Shown: positions 63,695-64,000 of the stretch, piece by piece
Position numbering within the stretch: position 1 is the first letter of the stretch
Layout of the letters: each line of letters begins with the position of its first letter
DNA from: Isurus oxyrinchus
Lineage: Eukaryota
Assembly (NCBI GenBank): GCA_026770705.1
Contig: JANJGN010000323.1
Span: 558,001-622,000 of the forward strand
Direction of reading: 5' to 3'
Length of the DNA stretch: 64,000 bases
Notes under the pieces: generated by a model
Told to the model about the DNA's origin: nothing
Seen by the model: the letters and a program-made list of their open reading frames with translations, nothing else
The model's database searches: none
Program-made: the position numbers and the translations under genes

Positions 63695-63734
63695 ATGATT
63701 GGAAAATCTTACTTCCTCATGTCACTTCTCCAAG
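63695..63734 (+). CDS. Gene 5: signal-peptide exon (gene continues past the window)
   Basis: MIGKSYFLMSLLQ+G|GTAATA, intact. Confidence 0.72.
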
Positions 63735-64000
63735 GTAATATCATCGTCAGCTCGGTCAGATTTATGGTTAATAACCTTTGTAAAAGGTCATTCTTATTGA
63801 ACTGTGATTGGGAACCGATTCAGCAGTGAGCCAGTTTACACACTCACACCAAGTCCCATTCACCCATCACCCCTAAACTATCTGACTCCTGGTCCTACAA
63901 CATCTCAAACTTAAAATTCACATCTCTTTGTTCAAATGCATCCATTGCCTCACACTGCGTCCTTATCTCTGTAATCTCCTGCAACTCTCCCAACCAACGT

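Overview
Vertebrate genomic DNA, most likely from a cartilaginous fish judging by its repeats (DeuSINE/SacSINE-like, CR1/L2 LINEs, Penelope-like fold-back). It holds a tandem, + strand cluster of Siglec-like immunoglobulin-superfamily receptor genes among satellites and retroelements. Exons were rebuilt by hand from splice sites and phases. Gene 1 (3' half only): two near-identical C2 exons, TM, and a tail with an ITIM (LLYANI) and an ITSM-like motif (TEYAQI), so inhibitory. Gene 2 (34.3-39.8 kb): leader, TM and three tail exons with three YxN motifs, but its Ig exons are missing; the remaining exons still splice in frame to a 149-aa 'headless' adaptor-like protein. Gene 3 (45.0-55.4 kb): an intact 281-aa V+C2 Siglec with the essential Arg, a TM arginine and a short Tyr-free tail, so activating. 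Gene 4 (57.7-62.1 kb): a pseudogene copy of gene 3. Gene 5: only its 5' module is in the window. One 85-nt exon occurs five times, apparently as a 5'UTR exon in four units and as a coding tail exon in gene 2. Nearly all long ORFs in the supplied track are artefacts of 33-, 43- and 24-bp tandem repeats. No prokaryotic features (CRISPR, operons) are present.
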